This document shows, piece after piece, positions 1 through 10,282 of a stretch of DNA of 32,000 nucleotides. Every line of letters begins with the position of its first letter. The stretch's first letter is position 1. This DNA is from Pseudidiomarina andamanensis (GTDB taxonomy: Bacteria; Pseudomonadota; Gammaproteobacteria; Enterobacterales; Alteromonadaceae). Below the pieces are notes generated by a model that was not told the origin of the DNA, did no database searches, and was given only the letters and a program-made list of their open reading frames with translations. A program made the translations under genes and the position numbers. The DNA lies in NCBI RefSeq assembly GCF_009734345.1, contig NZ_CP032551.1, forward strand, positions 1,560,001 through 1,592,000, written 5' to 3'.

Positions 1-271
1 TCATTGGAATGGCAAAGAAACACTCAAGGTAACGTGGCGTATCCCAATCGAGAACCGCCACCACATCACCGGCCTTTACGCCGGCTTCGGTTAAAACGTT
101 CGCAAGCCGGCAAACTCGTTCATTAAACTCTTGATAGCTGTAGCGTTTGCCATTGTTACCACCCACAATTTCATTATCGCCCGCATAGCGTTGGCTTGAG
201 AGCAGTAACTGCTTAATGAGTAGAGGATATTGATATGCCTCTTCAGTTGGTTTCAGTAATTTTACCGGCAT
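1..271 (-). CDS. AMP-dependent acyl-CoA synthetase/ligase (fatty-acid--CoA ligase family). Only the N-terminal ~90 codons are present; the gene runs off the left edge.
   Basis: Not in the ORF track because it is truncated. The reverse complement from the ATG at 269-271 reads MPVKLLKPTEEAYQYPLLIKQLLLSSQRYAGDNEIVGGNNGKRYSYQEFNERVCRLANVLTEAGVKAGDVVAVLDWDTPRYLECFFAIPM and stays open to base 1. An AAGGA SD lies 6 nt upstream. The N-terminal pattern is typical of acyl-CoA ligases. Confidence 0.7.
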   Translation of the reverse strand, partial: MPVKLLKPTEEAYQYPLLIKQLLLSSQRYAGDNEIVGGNNGKRYSYQEFNERVCRLANVLTEAGVKAGDVVAVLDWDTPRYLECFFAIPM

Positions 272-300
272 AATGATTCCTTGTTGTTCTGTATTTTTTG

Positions 301-1824
301 TTACCACTTACGGGTCACTTCATAAATATCGGTACGGCGATCTTTCAAGTTCGTCACCGAACCTTCGTGATGTAAATATCGCAATTCATCTAAGTTCAGA
401 TCAGAAAAAATGAGCTGCTCAGTATTCGGCGTGGTTTCGGCCAAAATCGCATCATATGGAAACGCAAAATCCGACGGCGAGAAAACCGCTGACTGCGCAT
501 ATTGAACATCGAGACTCTCAACCTGCGGCAAGTTACCAACGCTACCGCAAGTCACCACGTAACATTCGTTTTCAACGGCGCGGGCTTGAGCGCAATGACG
601 CACGCGCAAATAAGCGTTACGAGTATCGGTCCAGAACGGCACAAATAGAATTTCTAAGCCTTCGTTTGCCATCAAGCGACCCAGTTCAGGAAATTCGACG
701 TCGTAACAGATCAAAATACCCACTTTACCGGCATCTGTATCGAAAACACGTACCTGATCGCCACCTTCAATTACCCAGTCACGCTTCTCATGCGGGGTCA
801 CATGAATTTTACGTTGTTCCTCTACCGTTCCATCACGACGACACAGATACGAAACGTTATAAATGACATCGTCTTCATTAATCGGCATTGAGCCGGTAAT
901 AATATTGACGTTGTAGCTCACGGCCATTTGTGACATTTCACGCTTAAAGCGCTCAGTGAATCCCGCTAAGAAACGAATCGCGTCTTTTTGCTGACTCTGG
1001 TCAGTTAAACCCATTAACGGCGCGTTGAAAAACTCAGGGAAAACCGCGAAGTCACTCTGATAACTTGAAATGGCATCGACGAAATACTCCACTTGGCGAA
1101 GCATTTCTTCAACCGAGTCAATTTCACGCATTTGCCACTGTACCGCACCTACTCGCACATTACGGATACGTGAGCCAAGAATATTGTCCGATGGCTCATA
1201 CAAGAAGTTATTCCATTCCAACAGGGTAGCAAAACCCACTGAACGTTTATCTTCCGGCAAGTACTTACCCAATAAACGTTTGACGGTGAAGTCATTTGCT
1301 AGCTGGAAGGTCAAAATTGGGTCATAGATTTCTCGGCGATGCACCGCCTCAATATATTGCCCTGGCGTCATCTCATCGGCATATTTATGGAAGTTCACAA
1401 TCCGGCCACCGGCAAGAATCGCCTTTAGGTTAGACTGCCGACAAAGTTCTTTACGCGCATCATACAAGCGTCGGCCAAGGCGGTAACCACGATAATCCGG
1501 GTGAATTAAGACATCTAGGCCATAAATGGCATCACCCTTGCGATCATTCAGAATATTCTCCCGCGCATCCATTAAATCATCGTAAGTATGCGGGTTACTA
1601 AAGCGGGCGTATTTCACCTTCACCGTCAGCGCAACGCCAACAAGTTGTCCATTGTCTTCAAGACAAATTTGGCCCTCGGGAAATTCTTGAACCAATTTCA
1701 AAATGGTATGCTCACCCCAAGCCCCACCAATATCGGGATAAACCTTATCCATCAAGGCCTTTAATTGTGGGTAATCTTCTTTGCGAAGATTGCGTAACTG
1801 TAAGTGAAGTTCATCCGGGCTCAT
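301..1824 (-). CDS. Bifunctional GNAT N-acetyltransferase / carbon-nitrogen hydrolase (nitrilase superfamily) fusion protein
   Basis: 516-aa ORF. The N-terminal ~200 aa are GNAT-like (VLIHPDYRGYRLGRRLY acetyl-CoA loop). The C-terminal ~280 aa carry the nitrilase-superfamily Glu-Lys-Cys signature (FPEFF ... KIHVTPHEK ... ILICYDVEFPE). The ORF-track start at 1851 is TTG. The ATG at 1824 (MSPDEL...) has an AAGG SD 6 nt upstream; an ATG at 1830 is an alternative. Confidence 0.85.
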   Translation of the reverse strand: MSPDELHLQLRNLRKEDYPQLKALMDKVYPDIGGAWGEHTILKLVQEFPEGQICLEDNGQLVGVALTVKVKYARFSNPHTYDDLMDARENILNDRKGDAIYGLDVLIHPDYRGYRLGRRLYDARKELCRQSNLKAILAGGRIVNFHKYADEMTPGQYIEAVHRREIYDPILTFQLANDFTVKRLLGKYLPEDKRSVGFATLLEWNNFLYEPSDNILGSRIRNVRVGAVQWQMREIDSVEEMLRQVEYFVDAISSYQSDFAVFPEFFNAPLMGLTDQSQQKDAIRFLAGFTERFKREMSQMAVSYNVNIITGSMPINEDDVIYNVSYLCRRDGTVEEQRKIHVTPHEKRDWVIEGGDQVRVFDTDAGKVGILICYDVEFPELGRLMANEGLEILFVPFWTDTRNAYLRVRHCAQARAVENECYVVTCGSVGNLPQVESLDVQYAQSAVFSPSDFAFPYDAILAETTPNTEQLIFSDLNLDELRYLHHEGSVTNLKDRRTDIYEVTRKW

Positions 1825-1899
1825 AGACATCCTTTGTGGTTCTGTGTACAACTTGAATTAAAGGTAAGCGTTCTACGCGATGCTTGCAACGTCAAGATA

Positions 1900-1923
1900 A
1901 GACATATAAACTTCTGGACGTCT
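1900..1923. promoter_or_regulatory. Putative MetJ operator: three tandem 8-bp met boxes in the divergent promoter between the GNAT/CN-hydrolase and the NhaC-family transporter
   Basis: AGACATAT AAACTTCT GGACGTCT match the met-box consensus AGACGTCT at 6/8, 6/8 and 7/8, in perfect 8-bp register. The boxes overlap a candidate -10 (TATAAA 1905-1910; candidate -35 TTGCAA 1884-1889, spacer 15-17 depending on the hexamer chosen). Confidence 0.6.
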
Positions 1924-1954
1924 AAATAACAACACGACTGAAGCAAGGAATTTT

Positions 1955-3280
1955 ATGACACAGCCAGCCAGTGCCAAGGCACTTTTGCCACTTGGTTTAT
2001 TTCTTACGCTGTTCCTTGGCACCGGGATCTACTTCCAACTATCAGGTGTCGATTATGCGTTTTATCAACTCGCCAGCCCGGTGGCTATATTGCCGGCCAT
2101 TATTCTGGGCGTCATTTTAAGTAAGCAAGCCTTTGACGAGCGCATTGATACCTTCGTATCGGGCGTTGGTGAACGCAACATTGTCACCATGTGCATGATT
2201 TATTTGCTAGCCGGCGCATTCTCAACCGTGGCTGCGGCAACTGGCGGTGTCGATGCCATGGTTGCACTTGGCTTAAATGTTATTCCACCGCAATTCTTGT
2301 TGCCCGGCCTATTCATTATTGCCGCCGTGGTATCAACCGCGATGGGCACTTCCATGGGTACTCTTGCCGCACTAGCCCCAGTTGCATTAGGTTTAGGCCA
2401 AGCTGCGGAAATTGACTTAGCATTACTTGCTGGCGTTCTGGTAAGCGGCGCAATGTTTGGTGACAACTTGTCATTCATCTCTGACACCACCATTGCCGCA
2501 ACTCGTACACAAGGCTGTGAAATGAGTGACAAGTTCAAAGCAAACTTGAAGATTGCATTGCCGGCAGCAGCGATCACATTGATCTGGTTATTCACCTATG
2601 ACACAGGTGCCGTACCACCAAAGATTCCAGAAGCAAATTTGTGGCTGAGTTTGCCTTATTTCTTCATTATTGTACTGGCAGTGCTTGGCTTGAACGTATT
2701 CGCTGTACTCACATTGGGAATTATCCTCGCGGCGGCTTTCGGTATGGCCACGGTTGGTTACGAATGGGTTGCCTTTAGCAAAGATATCTATGAAGGCTTC
2801 ACTAGCATGCAGGAAATCTTTCTGCTGTCGTTACTCATTGGTGGTTTGTCTGCGTTAATTCGCCAACAAGGTGGTTTACAGTTTCTTGCCAACACGGTTA
2901 GTCGTATTACTAGTCGCTTGTTTAAACACAAACAGCAGCGCGCAGCATTTGGTGTTGCCGCATTGACCGGCTTAACCAACTTTGCGGTAGCCAACAATAC
3001 GGTCACCATTTTACTTTCAGGTGAAGTCAGTAAGCGCTTAGCTGAAGAAGGTAATTTGGCCCCACGTCAAAGTGCGAGCTTGCTGGATATTTTTGCTTGC
3101 GTGGTGCAGGGTGCGTTGCCATACGGTGCGCAAGCACTCCTAATGGGCGCCAGCTTTGGTTTATCACCACTGGACGTCAGTATTCACACTGGTTATTGCT
3201 TTATTCTGGGGGCCGTATCAATTGCGATGATCATCTGGCGCAAGCCATTGGAGGCTCGCACCAGCGAAGCCGTGGCTTAG
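1955..3280 (+). CDS. NhaC-family (Na+/H+ antiporter superfamily) membrane transporter; candidate methionine transporter of the MetT type
   Basis: 441-aa polytopic membrane protein with an NhaC-like pattern ([28 protein letters not shown]). AAGGAA SD 4-5 nt upstream of the ATG. Met boxes lie 32-55 bp upstream. Confidence 0.8.
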   Translation: MTQPASAKALLPLGLFLTLFLGTGIYFQLSGVDYAFYQLASPVAILPAIILGVILSKQAFDERIDTFVSGVGERNIVTMCMIYLLAGAFSTVAAATGGVDAMVALGLNVIPPQFLLPGLFIIAAVVSTAMGTSMGTLAALAPVALGLGQAAEIDLALLAGVLVSGAMFGDNLSFISDTTIAATRTQGCEMSDKFKANLKIALPAAAITLIWLFTYDTGAVPPKIPEANLWLSLPYFFIIVLAVLGLNVFAVLTLGIILAAAFGMATVGYEWVAFSKDIYEGFTSMQEIFLLSLLIGGLSALIRQQGGLQFLANTVSRITSRLFKHKQQRAAFGVAALTGLTNFAVANNTVTILLSGEVSKRLAEEGNLAPRQSASLLDIFACVVQGALPYGAQALLMGASFGLSPLDVSIHTGYCFILGAVSIAMIIWRKPLEARTSEAVA

Positions 3281-3669
3281 TTGGTGCTTGGTAGCTCCAT
3301 GACGCCGTCAATTTCAATTTGCGCGCCCTTCGGCAATGCTTTCACGCCGATTGCGGCGCGCGCAGGATATGGCTGTGCAAAAAATTCAGCCATCACCTCA
3401 TTCACAATTGGAAAGTTACCCAAATCAGTCAAATAGATTTGTACTTTGACCATGTCTTGCAACTCGCCACCGGCCGCTTCACAAACTGCACTTAGGTTTT
3501 TAAACACTTGCACCGCTTGCGCACGAAACTCTTCGCTGACGAATTCCATAGTTTCAGGAACCAGTGGAATTTGACCAGATAGATAGACTGTTGTGCCAAT
3601 TTTTACGGCTTGTGAATACGTGCCAATGGCCGCTGGTGCTTTTTCAGTACTAATAATTACTTTTGACAT
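3277..3669 (-). CDS. ridA: RidA family reactive-intermediate (enamine/imine) deaminase
   Basis: [22 protein letters not shown]...[10 protein letters not shown]...[21 protein letters not shown] is closely similar to the E. coli RidA/YjgF pattern. The start is taken at the ATG at 3669, 2 nt after the spoT stop, rather than the longer track ORF. Confidence 0.9.
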   Translation of the reverse strand: MSKVIISTEKAPAAIGTYSQAVKIGTTVYLSGQIPLVPETMEFVSEEFRAQAVQVFKNLSAVCEAAGGELQDMVKVQIYLTDLGNFPIVNEVMAEFFAQPYPARAAIGVKALPKGAQIEIDGVMELPSTN

Positions 3670-3671
3670 GT

Positions 3672-5789
3672 TTACTTCCTTAACCGCCAAACCCGCTGCA
3701 CATTCGGCATTTTCCGAATATGGCGAATCACATCGGCGAGCTGTTTCCTATCCCGCACACTGAGTGCGATATCTATGTAATAAATATTGGCATCTAACTC
3801 TTCAGTTTTCAGACCATGAATATTACAGCCTGTTGCCGAGATTGATGCCGTTAGTTTCGCTAAAGCGCCCTGGTGGTTAACAATTTCCACCCGCACTTCA
3901 GTGGTAAATTCTGCTTCAGTATTCGCTTCCCACTGCACTGGGAAGTAACGCCCTGGCTCTTCTTCATGGCCACGCACGTTCTTACATTCTTTGCGGTGTA
4001 CCACTAAGCCTTTGCCTGGGCTCACGTGCGCAATAATGTCATCGCCGGGAATGGGTCGGCAACATTTCGCAAAGCTAACTAACAATCCTTCCGCACCACG
4101 AATGGCTAATGTGGTTTTTGGATGTGCGCTTGCCTCATATTCGTCTTTAAGTTGCGAGAGTTCGCCTAGCAATCGCTTGGCAATAGCAATCGACATCATG
4201 TTGCCCAAACCAATTTCACGCAACAAGGCAGGCACGTCGTTCAGTTTCACTTCTTTGAGTACACGCGCGAAGTCTGCTTTCGGAATCTCGTCATAATTAA
4301 TTGGGCCAAGCGCAGCTCGCAACAATCGTTCACCTAACTGTTCAGCTTCGCGAGACTCTTGCCCTTTGAGGTATTGACGGATTTTCGCCCGCGCTTTGCC
4401 AGTTACCGCAAAGTTCAGCCAGGCAATATTCGGCCGCGAGCCTGGTGCGGTTTTAATTTCTACCGTCTGTCCGGTTTCCAGAGGCTTTGATAATGACGAC
4501 ACTTTATGGTTAACGCGAGCACCAATACAGGTGTTACCAATATCGGTGTGTACAGCATAAGCGAAATCGACCGGCGTTGCGCCCTGAGGCAATTCAATGA
4601 TGCGCCCTTCCGGTGTAAATACGTAGATTTCTTCCGGGAACAGCTCAGATTTCACGTTTTCAATAAACTCAAACGCGTTACCGGTGCTTTGCTGCAATTC
4701 AAGCAAGCTCTGCATCCAGCGACGTGCACGCACCTGTGCGGTGGTACCTGAGCTTTCTTCTGTCTTATAAAACCAGTGCGCTGCAACCCCGCGATCCGCC
4801 ATCAGATTCATTTCTTCGGTGCGAATTTGTACTTCAACCGGAATGCCATGCGGCCCTTTTAAACTGGTATGCAGCGATTGGTAACCATTCGATTTCGGAA
4901 TAGCGATGTAATCTTTAAAGCGGGTTTCGATAGGCTTGTACAAATTGTGCAAGGCACCAAGTACGCGATAACAGGTATCAAGTTCGTCCACAATCACACG
5001 AAACGCATAGATATCCATGACCTGCTCAAATTTGAGCTCCTTGTACTTCATTTTTTGGTAAATGCTGTACAAGTGTTTCTCGCGACCAAGGACGCGCGCT
5101 TTAATACCCACGTCTTTCAAGCGCTTTTCAATTTCGGTTTGAACGCGTTCAACCAGCTCGCGGCGGTTACCGCGCGCTTTCTTTACTTCTGACTCAAGTA
5201 ATTTCGCGCGCCAAGGGTGTAACGCATGAAAGCCCAACAGCTCCAGCTCGTTTTTAATATCGTGAATACCTAAACGGTGAGCTAATGGCGCATAAATTTC
5301 TAAAGTTTCACGCGCAATTCGGCGTTTCTTCTCTGGGCGCAAGTGTCCAATTGTACGCATGTTGTGCGTACGGTCAGCCAGCTTAATCAAAATAACGCGA
5401 ATATCCTGCACCATCGCCATAATCATTTTGCGATAGTTTTCAGTTTGCAGTTCTTCTTTGGAGTTAAATTGTAATTTATCGAGCTTCGACACGCCCTCAA
5501 CGAGCTCAGCGACGGTTGCACCAAACTGTTCAGCAAGATCTTCTTGGGTATATTCGGTATCTTCAATCACATCATGCAGCAAGGCTGCCATGATGGTTTC
5601 GTGATCGAGTCGCATATCAGCCAGCAGGCCAGCGACCGCAACCGGGTGGGTTATGTAGGGTTCGCCGCTATGGCGTTTCTGATGTTTGTGACCATCAGCA
5701 GCTAATTTGAAGGCCGCAGCAGCTTGCTCCACCTGCTCGGGTGGTAAGTACTCAGCTAACTGTTGCCTGAGGCCTTCAAACAAATACAC
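3672..5789 (-). CDS. spoT: Bifunctional (p)ppGpp synthetase / guanosine-3',5'-bis(diphosphate) 3'-pyrophosphohydrolase
   Basis: 705 aa. The N-terminus MYLFEGL...[13 protein letters not shown] and the HD motif LLHDVIEDT are present, followed by synthetase, TGS and ACT regions. The position directly after rpoZ matches the conserved gmk-rpoZ-spoT order. Confidence 0.95.
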   Translation of the reverse strand: MYLFEGLRQQLAEYLPPEQVEQAAAAFKLAADGHKHQKRHSGEPYITHPVAVAGLLADMRLDHETIMAALLHDVIEDTEYTQEDLAEQFGATVAELVEGVSKLDKLQFNSKEELQTENYRKMIMAMVQDIRVILIKLADRTHNMRTIGHLRPEKKRRIARETLEIYAPLAHRLGIHDIKNELELLGFHALHPWRAKLLESEVKKARGNRRELVERVQTEIEKRLKDVGIKARVLGREKHLYSIYQKMKYKELKFEQVMDIYAFRVIVDELDTCYRVLGALHNLYKPIETRFKDYIAIPKSNGYQSLHTSLKGPHGIPVEVQIRTEEMNLMADRGVAAHWFYKTEESSGTTAQVRARRWMQSLLELQQSTGNAFEFIENVKSELFPEEIYVFTPEGRIIELPQGATPVDFAYAVHTDIGNTCIGARVNHKVSSLSKPLETGQTVEIKTAPGSRPNIAWLNFAVTGKARAKIRQYLKGQESREAEQLGERLLRAALGPINYDEIPKADFARVLKEVKLNDVPALLREIGLGNMMSIAIAKRLLGELSQLKDEYEASAHPKTTLAIRGAEGLLVSFAKCCRPIPGDDIIAHVSPGKGLVVHRKECKNVRGHEEEPGRYFPVQWEANTEAEFTTEVRVEIVNHQGALAKLTASISATGCNIHGLKTEELDANIYYIDIALSVRDRKQLADVIRHIRKMPNVQRVWRLRK

Positions 5790-5794
5790 CCGAT

Positions 5795-6070
5795 TTACTC
5801 AAGCCCACGAATTGCGTCAACGGCTGCCATTTCTTCGGCGTCTTTTTGCGCCATTTCAGTACGCTCTTCTGCGTCTAAACGCTTCGCATCAATGTGACCG
5901 TTTTCAATTTCGCGCAATGCGACAACGGTTGCTTTCTCATTGTTTTTCCAAGGAACCAACGAATCTTTGCCTTGGGTCGCCAATTGACGGGCACGACGTG
6001 CTGCTACCAGCACTAAATCAAATCGGTTGCCAATACGGTCAACTGCATCTTCTACGGTTACGCGAGCCAT
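5795..6070 (-). CDS. rpoZ: DNA-directed RNA polymerase subunit omega
   Basis: [30 protein letters not shown] is the canonical omega N-terminus. The ATG is at 6070 with a GGAG SD 7 nt upstream; the track ORF extends 7 codons further. Confidence 0.95.
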   Translation of the reverse strand: MARVTVEDAVDRIGNRFDLVLVAARRARQLATQGKDSLVPWKNNEKATVVALREIENGHIDAKRLDAEERTEMAQKDAEEMAAVDAIRGLE

Positions 6071-6103
6071 GATTACTCCAACTATGTGCAAAACGGGTCA
6101 GGA

Positions 6104-6132
6104 ATTATACGGATTTACCCGTCATTCGCCAA
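6104..6132 (-). promoter_or_regulatory. Candidate sigma70 promoter for rpoZ-spoT-ridA, overlapping the gmk 3' end
   Basis: On the minus strand: TTGGCG (6127-6132), a 17-nt spacer, then a perfect TATAAT (6104-6109), about 34 nt upstream of the rpoZ ATG. Confidence 0.4.
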
Positions 6133-6756
6133 GAGATCTTTGAGTTTAGCGGCATGCCGCACTTGTTGTAATGCTACCTTAAGGCGCTGAGAGAACACAA
6201 TATGCTCAAGCTGAGCCAAGGTTTGATCAAATTTATCATTCACCAGCAAGTAGTCAAACTCATGATAATGCGACATTTCCGCTTGGGCTTTTTCCATACG
6301 AGAGCGAATGACTTCATCGCTATCTTGGCCCCGGCTACGAAGCCGCTCCTCCAGTACTTCAAGGCTTGGCGGCACAATAAAAATGGATTGTGCTTGCGGG
6401 TGAGCTTCACGAACTTGGCGCGCACCTTGCCAATCAATATCCAAAAACACGTCGATACCTTGCGCCAAAGTTTGTTCAATATAACTGCGCGAAGTACCGT
6501 AATAATTGCCGAAAACGTGCGCCCACTCATAAAAATCGTTGTTGTCGATTTTTTCTTTAAACTGGCTTTCGGTTAAAAAATGATAGTGCACACCATCAAT
6601 TTCACCCGGCCGTGGTGCCCGCGTTGTGCATGACACCGACACCTGCATACTCTCTTCAGTGTGGCGCGCAAGCAAAGCACGGATTAAACTGGATTTACCT
6701 GCACCGCTTGGTGCAGCCAAAATAAATAAATTGCCGGTGGCGATTGATGTTGTCAT
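6115..6756 (-). CDS. gmk: Guanylate kinase
   Basis: 213 aa. P-loop [10 protein letters not shown], plus [13 protein letters not shown] and FGNYYGTS motifs, collinear with E. coli Gmk. Confidence 0.95.
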   Translation of the reverse strand: MTTSIATGNLFILAAPSGAGKSSLIRALLARHTEESMQVSVSCTTRAPRPGEIDGVHYHFLTESQFKEKIDNNDFYEWAHVFGNYYGTSRSYIEQTLAQGIDVFLDIDWQGARQVREAHPQAQSIFIVPPSLEVLEERLRSRGQDSDEVIRSRMEKAQAEMSHYHEFDYLLVNDKFDQTLAQLEHIVFSQRLKVALQQVRHAAKLKDLLANDG

Positions 6757-6837
6757 GAATACTTACATTGATCGGCTTGCTAATAACGGCAAAGCATAGC
6801 ATGTTGCATAGTAAAATAACTAGAGCGGAGAGCTGGG

Positions 6838-7431
6838 ATGACAACAGGATGGATTATTATTATTGCTGCAGTAGTGGTGTTGGTGTACTTAATTGGTATA
6901 TACAACAAACTGGTGCGGCTCAAAAATCAATTTGAAAACGCCTTTGCGCAAATTGAAGTTCAACTTAAACGTCGCTATGACTTAATTCCGAATTTAGTCG
7001 AAACAGCGAAAGCCTATCTAACCCACGAGCGTGAAACACTAGAAGCAGTGATTTCTGCCCGTAATCAAGCGGCAGCAGCATTACCACAAGCGGCAAAAGA
7101 TCCGACTAACGCTGGTGCAATGCAGCAACTTGGCGGCGCCGAATCAGCTTTGGGCAGCGCATTAGGCCGCTTAAATGTGGTAATGGAGGCCTACCCTGAT
7201 CTAAAAGCGAATCAAAACATGATGCAGGTGAGTGAAGAGCTCACGAGCACCGAAAACCGCGTTGCTTTCTCACGCCAAGCCTTTAACGACGCAGTCATGA
7301 CCTATAACACTTATCGCCAATCATTCCCGCCAGTCATGTTTGCAAGCTTCTTTGGTCACAGCAAAGATGCAAACTTACTGGAGTTTGCCGATAGCGCGGA
7401 AATACAGGCAGCACCAAAAGTTAAATTTTAA
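6838..7431 (+). CDS. lemA: LemA family membrane protein
   Basis: 197 aa with an N-terminal TM helix, then YNKLVRLKNQFENAFAQIEVQLKRRYDLIPNLVETAK, which is typical of LemA. GGAGAG SD upstream. Confidence 0.9.
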   Translation: MTTGWIIIIAAVVVLVYLIGIYNKLVRLKNQFENAFAQIEVQLKRRYDLIPNLVETAKAYLTHERETLEAVISARNQAAAALPQAAKDPTNAGAMQQLGGAESALGSALGRLNVVMEAYPDLKANQNMMQVSEELTSTENRVAFSRQAFNDAVMTYNTYRQSFPPVMFASFFGHSKDANLLEFADSAEIQAAPKVKF

Positions 7432-7445
7432 TTGGGATTAACAGT

Positions 7446-9098
7446 ATGGTTAATTTCTTTGAACACCAACAGCAGGCCAAGCGCAATACTGGCCTGCTCG
7501 TGGTGCTGTTTCTTGTCGCCTTCATCTTAATTATCGGGTTTGTTGCCGTTGTCACCGCGGCGATATTTGGTGGTGTGGCGATACAGCAAAATGGCGAGTA
7601 TCAATTTAGTTGGCAACCGATTGCATGGGTTGTGGTAATTGTTGGTGGCGGCATTCTAACCGCCATGTTGGTGAAGTGGCTGAGCTTAAAGCCCGGCGGC
7701 CATGTGGTAGCAGAGAGCCTCGGTGGCGTGCGCATTGAGCCAAACGCCACCGACCCATTAGAGCGCCGAATTCTCAACGTTGTGGAGGAAATGGCCATTG
7801 CTGCGAACATGCCTGTTCCTGCGGTTTACCTGTTACCCAACGAAGCGACTATCAATGCCTTTGCGGCGGGTTATGAGAGCAAAGATGCGGTCATTGGTTT
7901 AACCCGTGGTGCGGTCGAAACATTCTCCCGTGAGCAACTCCAAGCTGTTGTGGCGCACGAATTTAGTCACATTTTAAATGGTGACATGCGCCTAAATATT
8001 CGCTTGATTGCGGCTCTTGCTGGAATTTTACTGATTGCACATGTCGGGCGCATTTTTCTGCACTCTGCGCGGTTTAGCTCATCGCGGCGACGCGGCAATG
8101 GTAATGCGCTGCCGTTAGTTGGTTTGGCCCTATTTATTATTGGCTATATTGGCGTGTTTTTTGGCAACATCATTAAAGCTGCAGTGAGTCGCCAACGCGA
8201 GTATCTAGCTGACGCTGCCGCTGTGCAATTTACTCGTAATCCCGAAGCATTATCGGGCGCACTTCAACAAATTGGCGCGCGTGAGTACGGCAGCAAAATC
8301 GGCCATGCCAATGCCGATGAAACCGCGCATTTATTTTTTGGTCAAGCGTTGAGCTCTTGGTTCACTCTAATGGCCACACATCCCCCTCTTGATAAACGCA
8401 TCAAGCGCATTCAGCCGAGTTGGAATGGTCGTTATCCGAAGCCGCACAAGGCCATGGTTCAATCGGTAGCCGAACAACAAGCTAATCAGCCACAACCTGT
8501 AGCGTTAAATCGCTTAGCAATGTTGGCATTACCGGCGCTACTGCTCGAGCGCGTGCGTTCGCCACAACAAGCACCGCAATTTATTCGCGATATGATGATT
8601 GGTCAATTGCTGGGCGAAAGCCATCCGCAGCTTGCTGAGTTGAGCGCGGCGCAACAATTAGCGTTAGTTGAGTTGGCGGTTCCGGCATTACGCGTCGCCA
8701 AAGATAGCGACCGACTGGCACTATTGAAAGATCTCGAACAACTAGAGCAAAGTGATGATTTGTTCCACTGGTGCTTGTATCAACTGTTAGCTCGCCAATT
8801 GGTTGAGTCCAAGCGTTTTACGGTGAAAATTGATAACGCAGAAGCCTTTGCAGCAACGGTCGTGGCACTAAAACGCGCCGAACAACAACAGCCGTTGAAT
8901 TTGAAGCAGATTGAGCAAGCGTTGAACACCTGTAAAAGCTGGTCACCGAAAGCTAAACAACCTTTAGTGAAGAAATGGGTTGAAACGGTGACTTCTGACC
9001 AGCATATATCAGAGACCGAACGCAAACTTGTCGCCACGTTGTGTGCTTGTATTGAAGAGCCACTTCCCGATGAAATGCTGACGAATTCTGCATCATAG
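7446..9098 (+). CDS. M48 family (HtpX-like) zinc metallopeptidase with a ~220-aa helical C-terminal extension
   Basis: 550 aa. Two N-terminal TM segments, the HEFSH zincin motif (HEFSHILNGD), further TM helices, and a downstream REYLADAAAV third-ligand region. It starts 14 nt after lemA. Confidence 0.85.
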   Translation: MVNFFEHQQQAKRNTGLLVVLFLVAFILIIGFVAVVTAAIFGGVAIQQNGEYQFSWQPIAWVVVIVGGGILTAMLVKWLSLKPGGHVVAESLGGVRIEPNATDPLERRILNVVEEMAIAANMPVPAVYLLPNEATINAFAAGYESKDAVIGLTRGAVETFSREQLQAVVAHEFSHILNGDMRLNIRLIAALAGILLIAHVGRIFLHSARFSSSRRRGNGNALPLVGLALFIIGYIGVFFGNIIKAAVSRQREYLADAAAVQFTRNPEALSGALQQIGAREYGSKIGHANADETAHLFFGQALSSWFTLMATHPPLDKRIKRIQPSWNGRYPKPHKAMVQSVAEQQANQPQPVALNRLAMLALPALLLERVRSPQQAPQFIRDMMIGQLLGESHPQLAELSAAQQLALVELAVPALRVAKDSDRLALLKDLEQLEQSDDLFHWCLYQLLARQLVESKRFTVKIDNAEAFAATVVALKRAEQQQPLNLKQIEQALNTCKSWSPKAKQPLVKKWVETVTSDQHISETERKLVATLCACIEEPLPDEMLTNSAS

Positions 9099-9172
9099 TT
9101 TTACATAAATAATGCGATCGATTTCGTCGGCATGTGCGTATTCCCCGTACCAGACTGATTCAAGGAGTTATC

Positions 9173-10276
9173 ATGTCGACGGATTTATCCCCTTTGTTAC
9201 AACCATTTTCGTGTAAATCGTTAAAGCTGCGGAATCGCGTTGCGATGGCACCAATGACACGTAGCTTCTCGCCCGGCAATGTGCCCAATGACGCCGTGGT
9301 CAAATATTACCAGCGCCGCGCTGAGGGTGAAATTGGCTTAATTATCACCGAAGGCGTGGAGATAAATCACGCCGGCGCCAGCGGATTCCCGAATGTCCCC
9401 AAAATTTATGGCGAGGCCATGACGGGCTGGAAACGCGTTGTTGATGCAGTGCATGCCGCAGGTGGTCAGATTATTCCTCAGCTATGGCACGTTGGTGCAG
9501 TGCGCAAACCGGAAACGGACGATGCAGCGCCAGCCTATAGTCCATCAGGTTTGTTTGCCCCGGGTAAGAAAAACGGCGTGGCAATGACCAAAGACGATAT
9601 CAACGAGGTGATTGCCGCCTTCGCTGAATCGGCGAAGCAATCAAAGGAAGCCGGATTTGATGGCGTTGAAATTCACGGCGCACACGGCTATTTAATTGAT
9701 CAATTTTTGTGGGAAGGCACGAATATTCGTGATGACGAATACGGTGGTTCATTAGAAAATCGTGCACGCTTCGCCTGTGAAATTGTTAAAGCTGTGCGTG
9801 CAGCCGTCGGCGAGGATTTTGCAATTGTATTCCGCTTCTCACAGTGGAAGCAGCAAGAATACGAAGCCAAATTGGCGAATACACCTGAGCAATTGAAACA
9901 GTTACTTAATCTACTGGTTGATGCCGGCGTCGATATTTTCCACGCGTCAACGCGCCGTTTTTGGGAGCCGGAGTTCGAAGGTTCTGATTTAAACCTCGCC
10001 GGTTGGACGCAAAAATTAGCCGGTAAGCCAGCTATTTCAGTCGGCAGTGTTGGTTTAACTGAAGACTTTATCAGCGGAACCTTTGCCTCAGATAAGCCAG
10101 CAGTTGAGAAATCAGGCATTGATGAACTTGTTAAACGCATGGCAAATCACGAGTTTGAACTCATTGCTGTTGGCCGCGCCTTGCTGCAAGACCCGCAATG
10201 GCTACAAAAAATGCGTGACGGCAAAGAAGATGAGGTAAAAGCGTTCAGCAAAGCCTCATTAAAAGAGTTGGTTTAA
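9173..10276 (+). CDS. NADH:flavin oxidoreductase (Old Yellow Enzyme family)
   Basis: LRNRVAMAPMTR, QLWHVGA and GVEIHGAHGYLIDQFL are OYE/FMN-reductase signatures. The ATG at 9173 has an AAGGAG SD; the track ORF starts earlier at the GTG at 9134. Confidence 0.85.
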   Translation: MSTDLSPLLQPFSCKSLKLRNRVAMAPMTRSFSPGNVPNDAVVKYYQRRAEGEIGLIITEGVEINHAGASGFPNVPKIYGEAMTGWKRVVDAVHAAGGQIIPQLWHVGAVRKPETDDAAPAYSPSGLFAPGKKNGVAMTKDDINEVIAAFAESAKQSKEAGFDGVEIHGAHGYLIDQFLWEGTNIRDDEYGGSLENRARFACEIVKAVRAAVGEDFAIVFRFSQWKQQEYEAKLANTPEQLKQLLNLLVDAGVDIFHASTRRFWEPEFEGSDLNLAGWTQKLAGKPAISVGSVGLTEDFISGTFASDKPAVEKSGIDELVKRMANHEFELIAVGRALLQDPQWLQKMRDGKEDEVKAFSKASLKELV

Positions 10277-10282
10277 TCAATA

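Noticed and set aside
456-866. 136-aa plus-strand ORF, and the 85-aa ORF at 1070-1327, inside the GNAT/CN-hydrolase gene.
   Set aside because: These are antisense shadow ORFs within a well-supported gene. They are Arg/Ser/Pro-rich and low-complexity, with no SD.
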